Assembly (NCBI RefSeq): GCF_006345805.1
Contig: NC_043020.1
Span: 8,184,001-8,248,000 of the forward strand
Direction: 5' to 3'
Length of the DNA stretch: 64,000 bases
DNA from: Octopus sinensis
Taxonomy: Eukaryota
In this document: piece after piece, positions 36,481 to 49,786 of the stretch
How the letters are laid out: every line of letters starts with the position of its first letter
How positions within the stretch are numbered: the stretch's first letter is position 1
Notes under the pieces: generated by a model
The model's database searches: none
The model's input: only the letters and a program-made list of their open reading frames with translations
What the model was told of the DNA's origin: nothing
Program-made: the position numbers and the translations under genes

Positions 36481-37423
36481 ACTGTTATTATTATTCAATG
36501 TCCTATGGGATTTCGTTTTGTATATCTATAATGTTTTTGCCAGTGATCCGCACCCCACCATCCTATGAGGGGGTTGACTTGATCTTTCAACAGCTGTGGA
36601 ATTGTTAACATACATACCAGTGGGAGTTCTATTAGTGTTGTTTTAATCAACTGTACTTATTTCCCTGATAATGCATGACCTTTGTTAAGTTCTTGGAGCA
36701 GTTGTGACAACATGTGGCAACTGAGAGAGTACGTGAGTGAGTGAGTGAGTGGCACCTGAGAATCTTGGTTACAAAATAAGATGGAATGATCACAAAAGGC
36801 ATGTCTTTGATCATATCTCTGCTAGGTCAGTTATGACCTGGGGTCGCAAGACAAAACAAAAATAATAGCAGAAACTAATAATAAAAGTGAATCTTCTACT
36901 AAAAATTTTAAGAGAACTGGGCAAATTTCTACGGGCTAAAAAGGGTTGAATTTTTTAACCCTTTTTTTGTGGATGGAGAGTAGTTAAGAGATTAACCCCT
37001 GTTAATGAAAGTGTTTCCCAAAGACCCAGAGAGGGATCACAGCAAAGGAGCATGTTGGGGAATAGTCGTATCTATCAGAGTATAGAGGAGAGATACCTAT
37101 GGGTGACTGGAATTCTAGCCAGGAGAGATTTATCTCGCATCTCCTCAACTCTGTAGAAACCCTAAACACCAACATCAATAACACCTGCAGTTAAGTGAAA
37201 TGATTAATTTTAATCTGTTATGTTTGTTTGTATGTTTGTTTTTATTGATTTATCCTGATGTGGAGTGGGGTGCGGGTGGGGGCTCATGTTGGGATTTGAG
37301 TTGCCTAAAGGTCAGGAGCATCAGGAATGGAACAGTTCTCCTTAAGCACCATATAAGGGACCCCAGCAAATGTAGAAGAGACATTAAGAGGTCACAGCTT
37401 GAAAGTAGATGAACAGCAGCAAC

Positions 37424-37461
<38 letters not shown>

Positions 37462-37463
37462 GG

Positions 37464-37503
<40 letters not shown>

Positions 37504-38104
37504 CTGCAGCAACAACAGTATGTTTTTTACCACTAGGTCAGCCCTGATCTGGTAGACCTATGATCAAAGACATTCCATCTGTGACCAATCAGTATGCATA
37601 TTTTTTTACAGACTTAGTATATCTAAGACTATGTTTACCCTTGTGTTCTTCCTCTTTTTAAGATGATAGACTACAATTTCTGGGTGGTTGGCTGCTATGT
37701 CTATAAAACTGAGCAACCATGTAGAAAACAAAAATTAAAAAAAACTCAATCATTGGTGAATGAAGTCTTGTTCGTTAGGGATTATATGATTATGTCTCCA
37801 ATCGACCAATGTTTTGGTCAGAAGAAGCTTTTATTTCTTCCCTTTAGCTGTACAGAAACCACTCTTAAGAAATCCAACTTTGTTAATCTCCCTTAAACCT
37901 GTTGGCATTCAGATTACTCTGTCAAATTTAATGCTTATCTATTCCATTGTTTTGAATTAATCATGCATTATCTCATAGCTCTGAGATTTCTATGTCGAGA
38001 TTGTTTATTTTTAGAATGACATTGTCTAGGGTAGGTGTGAGAGGCTGGATCTGACAGGTTTGGCCATAAAACGGGTAGGACATCTGGGCCTGATATGGCC
38101 AGTT

Positions 38105-39745
38105 TAACCCTTTGCCTATCCAAAGCATTTCCATAAGTTTGTTCTGAATGGCTATGCTTCTTGTTTTCAGAGATTTACTTAGCCCTTGTTTCATACATTC
38201 TGAATTACACGAAGCTTTCTTTTCCCAAGTCCCAAATTACTCTGGTGGCTGACAAAAATTGGTGAAAGTGTATCCTATATGATGTGTAGACATAAGGGAA
38301 ATATGTCCTATGAATCCCATGTGATACACCAGACAGTCAAAGGTATTAAACAGTTCTGTATAGGTGGTAAGCTGGCAGAAACGTTAGCACGTCGGGCAAA
38401 ATGCTTCGCGGTATTTCGTCTGCCATTACGTTCTGAGTTCAAATTATGCCGAGGTCGACTTTGCCTTTCATCCTTTCGGGGTCGATTAAATAAGTACCAG
38501 TTACGCACTGGGGTCGATATAATCAACTTAATCCGTTTGTCTGTCCTTGTTTGTCCTCTCTGTGTTTAGCTCCTTGAGGGTAGTAAAAAAATAGGTATTA
38601 AACAGTTCTGTTAGAGAGAGTTTTAGTGTAACATTGGTGAATTATTTTACACATTATGTGTCCTTATAATGAGGCTATCTGTGACATTAACCCTTTACCT
38701 ATCCAAAGCATTTTAATGCTTGTACTAAGCATCTACTCTATTTCCAAACTTTTAGTCAACCCTCGTTACATGTGTTCTGAGTAATATAAAGCTCTCCTTT
38801 CTTAAGTCCCAAATTACTGTGGTGGTTAAAAGAAAATTGGGATCGTGTATCAGATATGAAGAGCTTACTTTCAAAAACCAGATCTATGCATCGGAATGAC
38901 TTTTGGAGTAATTGTTTAAAAGAACATCTTGAATATATCTGATTTTGTTTGGAAGACTAAGATTCTCTTCCTGTTTATATGGCATCTTTCCCAGTTTGTC
39001 TGAAAAAAATGTTTCACATGCGTGAAGCTAGCAGTTTGTAGATTGTGTTTTAACCCTTTAGTGTTCCGCATTATTCTGCCAAAATTAATGCTTTTTTATC
39101 CACCTTGTTTTGAACTAATCAGGCATTATCTTGTAGCTATGAGATTTTGATGAGGTAGCTGTTAATTTTTAAAACGATATTGTAGGGTTGGTGTGAGAGA
39201 CCAGATCTGGCCACTTTGAACATAAAATAGGCAGAATACTTTTGGCCAGATATGGCCAGTTTAATTGCATTATCTTGTAACTATGAGATTTTGATGAGGT
39301 AGCTGTTAATTTTTAGAATGATATTGTAGGGTTGGTGTGAAAGACCAGATCTGGCCAGTTTGAACATAAAACAGGCAGAATACTTTTGGCCGGATATGGC
39401 CGGTTTAAATGCTAAAGGGTTAATGGTTGTCATGAAATCGACCAAATATGCATTTGTACCAGTTTTGAAAGTAAACATGATGTGTGGACATTAGGGAAAC
39501 AGGTCCTGTGTATCCCGTGTGATACACAAAACAGCCAAAGGTGCTAAGCAGTTCTGTTAGAGACAGTTTTAGTGCGACATTGGTGAATTATGTTACACAA
39601 AATATGTCTTTATAATGAGGCTGACTGCGACATTAACACTTTGCCTGTCTAAAGTATCTTCAGAAGTTTGTCCGAAACACCCACTCATGTTTTCAGACTT
39701 TTTAATTAGTCTTTCTTTCATTTGTTGTGAGTAATATAAAGCTAA
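38105..39745 (+). repeat. Old ~350-bp tandem repeat (2-3 units) interrupted by a SINE-C (38360-38592) and MITE-P (39054-39419)
   Basis: Recurring TTAAC(C/A)CTTT(G/A)CCT and GTCCCAAATTACT blocks; SINE TSD AGGTATTAAACAGTTCTGT at 38341-38359 / 38593-38611. Confidence 0.75.
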
Positions 39746-39847
39746 GTGTTAAATACTAAAGAATTAAGATGGTGTGAAAAGGTTTTATGACTTTGCAAGT
39801 GTTTTAAAACTAGCTCTTTTAATAGTGTCAAGGGGGTACGCAAACAC

Positions 39848-39887
<40 letters not shown>

Positions 39888-40868
39888 CCTGCTTCACTTC
39901 TTTATCTGCCATTGCAGCTATCCAGCTTATAAATAACATTAATAAATGAAGATTTGTTAAGTGTACCATGTTATTGTTATTAATGGTTTGATGTTATGTC
40001 GAAGAATGTATGTGTGGAGTTGGTCGGCGGTGGCGGACAGTGCAAGAGGTCACCAAGTTAAAAGTAGGGGAAGCGTTTGGGAAACCGACAGTGAGGTTTT
40101 AATGGAAAGCTGCGTAGGTGTGTATGCCTGCACCTGTGTGAATGAAACAGAAAGAATTTGTGCACCAATATCAGTGAGAGAGAGAGAGAGAGCGTGTGTG
40201 TGAGGGTTTGTGCCCCAATGTGAATGAGAGACGTTATGTATGCGTGCATGAGAATTTGTGTAGATTTGTATGTTTATGAGACAAAGAGTTTATACACCAG
40301 TGTGTGTGCATGTGTGTGTGTTGGTGAGAGAGAAGGTTTGTGCACCTGTTTGTGAGTGAGCGAGAGAGAGAGAGAGTTGGTGACCAGTGTGAATAAAAGA
40401 GAAAGAGAGAGAGAGAGTTGCTTTATTGAAGGATCACCCACACAATCCTTATGTAATTTTGGTCATAAAAGCTCTCTTGCAAAATGATTGGTAGGTTTTC
40501 TTTTTTTTTTATGAGATTTTCTTCCAAATAAGTCCAACTTTAAACCAAAGAGGAATTTTTTCTCTTCAGCTATTTGGTATTTTTTTTTAATTGTCAGATA
40601 GCATTTTTTTTTATATATATATATATTCTTCTTATATTTACTTTTGTTATTTGTGCACTGTTTTTTTTTTATTTGTATTCCATTTGCCTCTGTTTTCTGT
40701 GTACGTACCAAAAACAGACTAAACCACTTTGATGCAGGATTGTTTTTCTTTTCTTTTTTATTTTTTTAATTTTTTTGGTTATTCCATTAGAGTATATTTT
40801 TAGTGATAGGTAATTGGGACTGAAATAGAGCGATGACATTTTGTGAGCTGTTGGGTAATGAAAGCAGG

Positions 40869-40942
<74 letters not shown>

Positions 40943-40947
40943 GAATG

Positions 40948-40995
<48 letters not shown>

Positions 40996-41604
40996 TGCAA
41001 GTTGAAGAGGGCAGTTCAGAAGGGAGCAGTTGCAGTGAAGGTCAGGAGAGAGAGAGAGAGAGACTGGAAGACTGACTATCAGAGATATAAATAGCAGGAT
41101 ACCTTTATAATTTTGGAAAACGTTGGCATTCCTCATAAGTGCAAAGTGTAAAGTGGGGAGGGAGGGGAGACTGGCATCTAAAAGAGGGGGTGACCTGTGC
41201 TAAAACTGTCACACTGAACATGGGACTCTGTACACTGGACCCACCCCATTCTCTATGCTTCCCAGGGTTGTAACTCAGTGTGGGTAATTTAGCTCTTGGT
41301 CAGCACTGATTAAAACAGAGACAGCGTGTGTTTTCTGGTGGGTTTTAAGCCTTTAGAGAGAAAGTGACGGAGAGGGAGAGAGAAATAAAGCTTCATGAGT
41401 GAATTTGATACATGGAAACTAAAGACCATTGTGTGTGTATGTGTGTCTGTAAATATATATGCATGTATATATGTGTGTCTAAATATATATGTGTGTATGT
41501 GTGTGTATATATATATATGTATATCGTCCAACCCATGCTAGCATGGAAAACGGACGCTAAATGATGATGATGATGATGATGATGATATATATATATATAT
41601 ATAT

Positions 41605-41932
41605 ATAATTAATAATAAAATATTAGGGAATAAATCCAAACTTACAGGGAAAAATCAGATTTAGGATTAAATCCAATTTTATAGTATAAATATATTATAT
41701 TATATTAAATTAGAGATAAAACCACTATTAGGCAAATCATACAATGAAAAACTTAAGCCAATACATAAAATTAATTTAATTTATATTATTTTAAATATAT
41801 ATCAAAAGTATTAAAATTTTAATACTTTTGATATATCTTTAAAATAATATAAATTAAATTAATTTTATGTATTGGCTTATGTTTTTCATTGTTTGATTTG
41901 CCTAATAGTGGTTTTATCTCTAATTTAATATA

Positions 41933-41940
<8 letters not shown>
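41605..41940. mobile_element. Family T element ending in a ~250-bp zero-spacer palindrome
   Basis: Centre 41816/41817 (AAGTATTAAAA|TTTTAATACTT); arms about 124 bp with 3 mismatches; (TA)n on both sides. Confidence 0.8.
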
Positions 41941-41968
<28 letters not shown>

Positions 41969-42389
41969 TTGCACATATTTCTTAATACATCTTTCTAACT
42001 ATCTTTATGTAATATAGATTAGAGTGTTCTCTCTGAAATTTAGAGTTAAAATAATATAATGGTGGAACATAGACAAGGAAGTGTGATTTAGATATTAAAG
42101 TAAATTCATTTTTGTTTTACAGTTCGTATTCATACTAAGACAAAATATTTAGCATGCTTGCCAAAATGCTTAGTGGCAATTCACCTGCCTTTGTGATCTG
42201 AGTTCAGATTCCACTGAGGTTGACTTTGCCTCTTTTGGGGGGCCAATAAAATAATTACCAGTTGAATACTGGGGTTGATGACATCAACTAGCCCGCACCC
42301 CTGAAATTACAAACCTTGTGCCAAAATTAGAAACCATTATTAATGTTTATATTTCCTTGAGTATCTGTATATCTGTGCATTTATATATA

Positions 42390-42421
<32 letters not shown>

Positions 42422-42996
42422 CATACTTACATATATAGATCATGCCTCTACCTTTGTTCCCCATTCACCTCCAGCCCTATCTCTAATCATCTGTCAATCT
42501 CCTTTGATGCCCTTGCAAACTTACCTACATGACCCCACCCCTTTTTGTACTTTAAGGATACTTCTTGACCCCTCATCAACACCATTTTTCTTTTCCAGCT
42601 TGTCTTGCAAGGTACCTCACTAGGGCTGGTGCCACAAGAAAAAGCACCCATTACATGCTGTAAAATAGTAGAGGTGCATGGCTTAGTGGTTAGGTTGTTG
42701 GACTTATGAGCGTAAGATTGTGGTTTCAATTCCTGGACTAGGCAATGCGCTGTGTCCTTGAGCAAGACTCTTCATTTCACATTGCTCCGGTCCATTCAGC
42801 AGACAAAACTGCGTAATCCCATCCACAGAGGAATATATACACCATGGAAACTAGGAAACCAGCCCTATGCTCCTTACAGAGTAATCTCGACTAACCACAC
42901 TCTGTCAAGTAGTTCATGTTAGGAAGGGCATCCAGCTGTAGAAGCCATTGAGTTCATTGCAGTCCTCTGGGTCACCAGATGATTATGATGATGATG

Positions 42997-43205
42997 ATCA
43001 TCATCATCATCGTTTAATGTCCGTTTTCCGCGCTAGCACAGGTTGGACGGTTCGACCGGGTTCTGGGGAGCCAGGGGCTGCTCCAGGCTCCAGTCTGATC
43101 TGGCAGTGTTTCTACAGCTGGATGCCCTTCCTAACGCCAACCACTCCGCGAGTGTAGTGGGTGCTTTTTACGTGCCACCTGCACAGGTGCCAGAGGGGTC
43201 TGGCA
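42997..43205 (-). mobile_element. SINE/LINE-tail family E
   Basis: Reverse complement of 18825-19066. Confidence 0.8.
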
Positions 43206-43444
43206 TCAATTATGATGATCTTCATAATTTCCTGTTACATCCCTTCTCCCATATTGCTTATTATATATTGGATAGATTTGTTCTAACACATTTCTTATGT
43301 CTCCTCAACATCTCCTCCATGGCACGCATCATTTTGATATCAAACCTTCTTACCGCTTCCTTAGTTTTCCTCTTCCGCTCACTTTTTCCATGTATATCTC
43401 TGAGCACTTCTTCATCCACAGCCGTCCTTCATTAGACGAAGATA

Positions 43445-44893
43445 TATTGGGTTGAGGAATAATTTGTGAGCGTTTTTTTTTGTTTTTTTTTCTCAAATTT
43501 TTTTTAAACAAAAAAACTATAATCAATAATATACTCTCCGTTGTTGTTTATGACTTCCTCCTATCATTCAATAAGTTTTTCAATGCCTCGGCAACAGAAA
43601 TTTCCTGGTCTTGACTCAAAGAATTCGTCCAACCAAGCCCTCAATCCAATGTCATTATTCAATGATACACTGTGCAAAGCATTTGAAAGTGGTCAAAAGA
43701 GACGAAAATCTGATGGCACCAAGTATGGAGAGCAGTGGTTTTCAAACTTTTTGCTGGAGCGGAACCCCAAGGAAACATTCCACTGGCTCGGGGAACCCCT
43801 GTGCAATAATTTAATAGTCTTATGCACACATAATCTGCACAGGAGAATTCAAAATTACTGCCGATTTTAGCAGTTTTGTAACTTCTTGCGGAACCCCTGG
43901 ACTGTATTGGCAGAACCCTGGTTGAAAACCACTGATGTAGAGTATGAAGGATGAGGCAGCACTTCGCATTCCAGTTCTTGAATCGCAGCTTTGGTCATAT
44001 TGACAATATGAGGACGGGTGCTGTAGTGTTGCAGAAGAATGCCATTTCACCTAATTGGTCTTTTTGCTGAATTGGTTTGTTGAGTCAGTGCAGCTGTTGA
44101 ACATAGTGCTCCACTTTGAGTGTTTGGTTGCACTCAAGCAGTTCGTAATGGATTATGCCTTCCCAGTCTCACCCTACACACAACATGGTCTTCTGAGGAT
44201 GAAGGTCCTGTTTTGCTCGCAGAGTCGCTTCTTTGTCGGGGCTGAGCCATTCGTTTCGCTGCTTCATATTGACGTAAAGGCACTGTTTTTTCATTGCCAG
44301 TGACAATGTGGTAAAGAAAATGCTGTTTGTGACCATGAGTTGAGACAAGCAAATGTCGAGCAAGCAAACTGGTGGCAATTGTGGAGCATTGATTTTTGTT
44401 GTGTTTGCTCAAAGTGTGTGGCACGCAAGTGCAGAATTCCTGAACCTTGCCCATTGAGTGAAAGTGGTTCACCACAGTTTTTTGATCACAAGCCATTTGC
44501 TCTACCAATTCCCTGGTCTTTTGATGTGGATTTTCGTAAAGAAGTTGATTCAATGGCTCTTCATCAAACTCAATACTTAAAGTCAAAATTCCCATTTTTG
44601 AAGCACAAAAACCATCAGCAGGTGGTACTTTGAGGCATTGCTCCTTCTTCATACACAGCATAAATCTCACGAGCAGCTTCGGCAGCCTTAGCACCTCATT
44701 TAAATGCAAAAAGCAAATAGTGTCGAAAATGCTCAGCTTTGTCCACTTGACATTCCATTCTAATGATCTGAAAATACACAAAAATCAATAAAATCAAAAC
44801 ACTCTTTTCAAATTCTCTTTTAAATAACATAAAACATTTTGCCAATGTGTTTTATTTCTGCATAATGCTCATAAATTATTCCTCAGCCCAATA
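43445..44893 (-). pseudogene. Near full-length decayed mariner (Tc1/mariner) transposon
   Basis: ~30-bp TIRs TATTGGG(T/C)TGAGGAATAATTT; TA/CA flanks; transposase motifs VPHTLS (WVPHEL), IVTGNEK (TGDEK), HPQKTMLCV, EVLPHPSYSPYLVPSDF (HPPYSPDL); frameshifts and stops. Confidence 0.92.
43733..43934. mobile_element. hAT (Charlie-type) MITE nested in the mariner YSPDL motif
   Basis: CAGTGGTTTTCAA...TTGAAAACCACTG TIRs; 8-bp TSD ATGGAGAG/ATGTAGAG. Confidence 0.88.
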
Positions 44894-46539
44894 CATTAGG
44901 GAGGGAGTCTGATCTTTCTTTAGTACCTGTAGAAGTAACTCTAGACATGTTCCTTTCTTATTAGTCCTCCTCAGCAAAACATCCTAATGTACCTACCAGA
45001 CTTTAGAATCACTTTGAGAAGATATGTATTTTTCTTCTTTTGTGGGAATTATTCATTGATTGGTGATAGGAAGGGAATCTAGCCAAGGAAAGAAAAATCT
45101 CCCACAACAATTTGCATCACATCTTTGTCTGTACATAACGGTTCTGATTGGTTTTCTCAGAGCATTCCCTCTGATTTTCTGCTATGTTGCAAAAATTTGC
45201 TTTTGTGCAGACAACAAGCAACAACAGCAATGCACATACACACGCAGCGTGCATGTGTGTGTGTGTGTCCTATCTTGACATCACATGACAGTTGTAAATG
45301 AATGTCACCCTCTTATAGATGGTGTTGTTCATAGAAAAATCTGTCTTAACAAATTCTGTCTGACCCATGCAGGCATAGAAAAGTGGTCGTCAAAAAAACG
45401 ATGATTATGATTTTCCTACTTCATCGAATATATTCCCTATTCTTTATAGAATCTATCTCTACTGCACACGTTTGTCCATAAGAATTTTTTGTTTGCTAAA
45501 ACACAGTTTTATCTGCATAGAAACAGTGATTTTTGCAAGCTGCTGTATTCACTGTGTTTTGTCTAACACATTTGAAATTAATGAATGTCCCAAGCGGTAG
45601 AATAAATGTGACTTTTGTTTTTATCAACTAACAGCATCTTTGACAGAGAGATATGTGAGGACAAGAAAGAAGTCACAACAAGTAGAAAATAAGAGGTTGG
45701 GGAGAGGGGTCACTGATGTAATGCGTCCTTTGATGGAGTTTGACTGCCATTTCTGGCAAATCAGGTGATTACATCGAAGCTCTCTCAGTGTATTTGTGTG
45801 TGTATAGATAGAGAGATGAATAGACAGACAGACAGACAAAACAGACAGACAAAACAGAAAATGGAATGAATACCATTCTTTATTTTAAATTTACCACAAT
45901 TGTAACGACACATTTTCACACCTGTAATACACTGATTAGACGTTGTGTAATGATGATCATCCATTCAAGGTGTAAAATGCACCTCCGCAGGTAATTGTTT
46001 GAATAAGTCCTTCATTAGATCCCACCGTCTTTCACTGAATGTGATACATATATATTTTTTTTCTGCAGCTCTAAAGGTTTTTAACTCTTATTTCTAGCAA
46101 TGTAGGTGCTACCTTGCAACCCTCAGTCGCAATTAGCGACAATTGGATTTTTCTTGTCTCATTTTATATTGCGTATAACCACCTTCATTATTTCATATAT
46201 ACACGCACACACACATATATATATGCATGTGTATGCGACTGTTTGTATAAATGGTTGTGTTCTTGTGGATGCATGTATGTATAGATATATGGGTGTATAT
46301 ATGCTGTTTCTTACTTGCAGTTGTGGGTGTTTAGTGTTCGTGTGAATCTGCAAAGAGTGTGTTTTTATTCAGATGTGTGCATGTTTGCAGACGGTGCTGT
46401 TATCAAAATGTGCATACGTGTGAGTCTGTGCTCAGGACGAGTAATATTTGCACATATGTGCATCTGCGTAGTTGCAACCGTTTGTGTATATATATCTGCA
46501 TCCATGAATACTTGTACGTCAGAGTAAATGTGTTAGCAT

Positions 46540-46830
46540 GTGTGTGTGTGTGAGTGTCTTTGAATAAATGATGTGTGTGTGTGTATGTGTTTTAGAACAA
46601 ATGGTGTGTGTGTGTGCGTGCATGTTTGTGTATGTGTTTGAGAACAAATGCTCTGTGTGTGTGTGTGTGTGGTGTATGTCTTTGAATAAACGCTGTTTGT
46701 GTGTGTGTGTATGTGTTTTAGAACAAATGGTGTGTGTGTGTGTGTGTGTCTTTGAATAAACGCTGTTTGTGTGTGTGCGTGTGTGCATGTGTGTGTGTGT
46801 TTTAGAACAAATGCTATGTGTGTGTGTGTG
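46540..46830. repeat. (GT)n-embedded minisatellite alternating CTTTGAATAAA and TTTTAGAACAAA spacers
   Basis: About 7 units of roughly 40 bp. Confidence 0.8.
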
Positions 46831-47483
46831 TATGTGGATAATGTGAGATTTCTTATTGTTCAGAAATGAGTGATTGGAAGTAAAGGGGTTAAGGAAAGAA
46901 AAGAAAAGAAGGAGGGAGATTAGTGGGGGACAATAAATGAAAGGATAGAAGAGAGGAAGAAAGAAAGGTTGTGGTGGAATGAAGGAGAGAGAGAGAGAGA
47001 GAGAGAGAAAGGCTGTAAGGAGAAGAAGAAGAAAACAAGGGAAAGAGAGCAGAGAGGTGTGAGGCGAGAGTGGCAGTAAGAGAGAAAGAAGAAGGTTATA
47101 AGGCGAGAGAAAATGAGAGTGGGGGGTGTGAGGTGAAAGAGACAGTAACAAAGAGAGGAATGAGAGAGAGAGAGAGAAAGATAGAAAGAAGTGGTGTGAG
47201 GTGAGAGGAGAGGTGAGAGTTAATATTGGGTTTTGATTTTATTCAAGACCAAAACTTGATACCCCCCTCCTCCTCTTTGTCTCTCCCACCTCTCTCTCTC
47301 TCTCTTTCTCTCTCTACTGAAACTCATCTCTCCCCCCTCCCCATTCCATTCTTACCTGGATTCTCTGGTTCTCTCTTTCCTTTTCTTTTCCCCTCTCCCC
47401 TTCACACAGTCTCCACACGGTCGGTCCTCTGACTTGCTAGAAATAGCAGCCAAAGCCACTTTATTCACGCACACCATCTACAG

Positions 47484-48101
47484 CAGTGGTCCTCAACCAG
47501 GGTCCAAATGACCCTTAGGGGTTCCATTTATTTTGTCACGAGAAATTTTTTTTTTTTTATATAATTCCTCATAATATCTTTATATATAAAACTGTAGTTG
47601 TGTGAGTGTCTGTCCCCTACGATTTAGATTCCTAACTACTCCCACATTTTGCGGTGCAGTTTAACCAAAAGCGGGTATCTTATAGTCGTGATTCATATCG
47701 AGCCCTTCTGGGTATTAGCGCGCGTCTACGATGAGTCTACGATTTAAAAAAAAAATTTACCATCATTTTTTTCCATTTTAATGCATTTTTTCGCTATTAT
47801 ATAAGGGAAGTAACTCTCTAAAAATGTGTACGATGAGTCAACGATTTAAAAAAAAGTTTACCATCGTTTTTTTTCCATTTTTAATGCATTTTTTTGCTAC
47901 TTTTTGGCTATAACTCTCTAAAAATGCTTATATAGTTATTTCCCTTACAAACCCGAGCAACGCCGGGCGATACTGCTAGTTTAAATATAAAAATATAGGA
48001 TTTTTTTTCAACTACATCAAATGGTTCTGGAGGTCCAGTAACAATAAAAGCAGGCTCAAAGGGGTTCGTCCAGGGACAAAAAAATGGTTGGGGAATCAGT
48101 G
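47484..48101. mobile_element. hAT (Charlie-type) MITE with perfect 8-bp TSD, interrupted by a Helitron-like element
   Basis: CAGTGGTCCTCAACC...GGTTGGGGAATCAGTG; TSD ATCTACAG at 47476-47483 / 48102-48109. Confidence 0.85.
47576..47980 (-). mobile_element. Non-autonomous Helitron-like element (2 internal ~95-bp units)
   Basis: Same termini as 20269-20783 and 49296-49786. Confidence 0.75.
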
Positions 48102-48303
48102 ATCTACAGGAAGGAAATGTGCACACACTGGATTTACCAACTGACTGGAGGGTCACGGATGGAATGCCTTTAAACAAGGCTGGTCTCAGATTAAACAAGC
48201 ACACATCTGTGTCATCTCTCTTTCTCCCTCTCTCCTCCCTTTCACACGTCCCCGTATATTCTTGGGACCTTTCCGTCTTTCTCACTCTTATAGTGTTCCC
48301 TCC

Positions 48304-48345
<42 letters not shown>

Positions 48346-48843
48346 CTTACACACTTATATTCTTAGTCCGTTCCATCTTCATCTCTCTCTCTTTTTCTCC
48401 CAGACACACACACACGTGTGTGTATAGAGAGAGAGGGGGGAGTAATGGGAGGAGGAGGGAGAGGTGAAATGGTAGGCGGAGGGAGGAAAGAGAAAAACAA
48501 GTGTTTATACCAAAGAGGAGAAACGCAAAAGTCTGAAGAGAGAGAGAGAGAGAGAGATGCATATAAATCCCCCTCCCCCTCACATTCATCTTCTTACCCT
48601 CCCCCTCCCACCTCTCATATTCATCTTCTTACCCTCCCCTTCCCCCTCACATTCATCTTCTTACCATCCCCCTCCCCTTCTTGCCCTCCCTCCCTCCCTC
48701 TCTCTCTCACAGCAATCTCTGTTTTGTGTTTTCTTTTTGCACAAACGCTTGTTTTTCTTTTGTTATTGTTTTTTTCGTGCTTCTCTCCTCCCACTACATC
48801 ACTTTCTCTCTCTCTCTCTCCCTCCTCCCACCGTTCCTCCCTC

Positions 48844-48923
48844 TATAAAGCCGCCGCCCTCCCTCATCTGGCCATCAAAATCCTCCGGAACCCGGTTCTG
48901 TCGTCGGACATAACCAGGTAATA
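48844..48923 (+). promoter_or_regulatory. Candidate Pol II core promoter and 44-nt non-coding first exon of an unidentified host gene
   Basis: TATAAAG at 48844-48850; CCA+1TC at 48874, exactly 30 nt downstream; no ATG before CAG|GTAATA donor at 48917/48918; unique and locally CpG/GC-rich sequence. No downstream coding exon recognised. Confidence 0.5.
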
Positions 48924-49295
48924 TATACTACACTACAGAATACTGTTTTGTTCTCCTCCACGCTGTTTCAAGTCCGTCCGTCCATCAAACCTTGGGTTTA
49001 CATTCAACAAACCACCCGCCACCACACCACAGCAAAACCAAAACAATATACTCTCCTATCTGTCCGTAATTATCCACAAAAAGCAAAGCAGTTTTTATCT
49101 AGAAATGGGTCTGTTCCAGAGGAAAGCTTTTCTAAAACAGAAACTCGCCTGCCTCTTGGCCGTCCTGCGTAACAACTTCAGTCACAACAAACAAGTAGGT
49201 TTCGCTATCTTCTCTCTTCGTTTCCGCTTCTGTTTTTTAAAAAAATTCGTTCCTGGTCATCGTAATGTTTCTTTTTTGTTTTCTAATATATACAT

Positions 49296-49786
49296 ACTAG
49301 CAAGTATCGCCCGGCGTTGCTCGGGTTTGTAAGGGAAATAACTATATAAGCATTTTTAGAGAGTAACAGCCAAAAAATAGCAAAAAAATGCATTAAAAAT
49401 GTAAAAAAAATTATGGTTAATTTTTTTTTAAATCGTTGGCACATCGTAGACGTTTTTAGAGAGTTACTTCCCTTATATAATAGCGAAAAAATGCATTAAA
49501 ATGGAAAAAAATGATGGTAAATTTTTTTTTAAATCGTCGACACATCGTAGACATTTTTAGAGAGTTACTTCCCTTATATAATAGCGAAAAAATGCATTAA
49601 AATGGGAAAAAAATGATGGTAAATTTTTTTTAAATCGTAGACGCACGCTAATACCCAGAAGGGCTCGATATGAATCACGACTATAAGATACCCGGTTTTG
49701 GTTAAACTGCACCGCAAAATGTGGGAGTAGTTAGGAATCTAAATCGTAACAGACAGACACACAACTTCTCTTTTATATATAAAGAT
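49296..49786 (+). mobile_element. Non-autonomous Helitron-like element (3 internal ~95-bp units)
   Basis: ACTAGCAAGTATCGCCCGGCGTTGCTCGGG...ACAGACAGACAC..TATAAAGAT. Confidence 0.75.
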
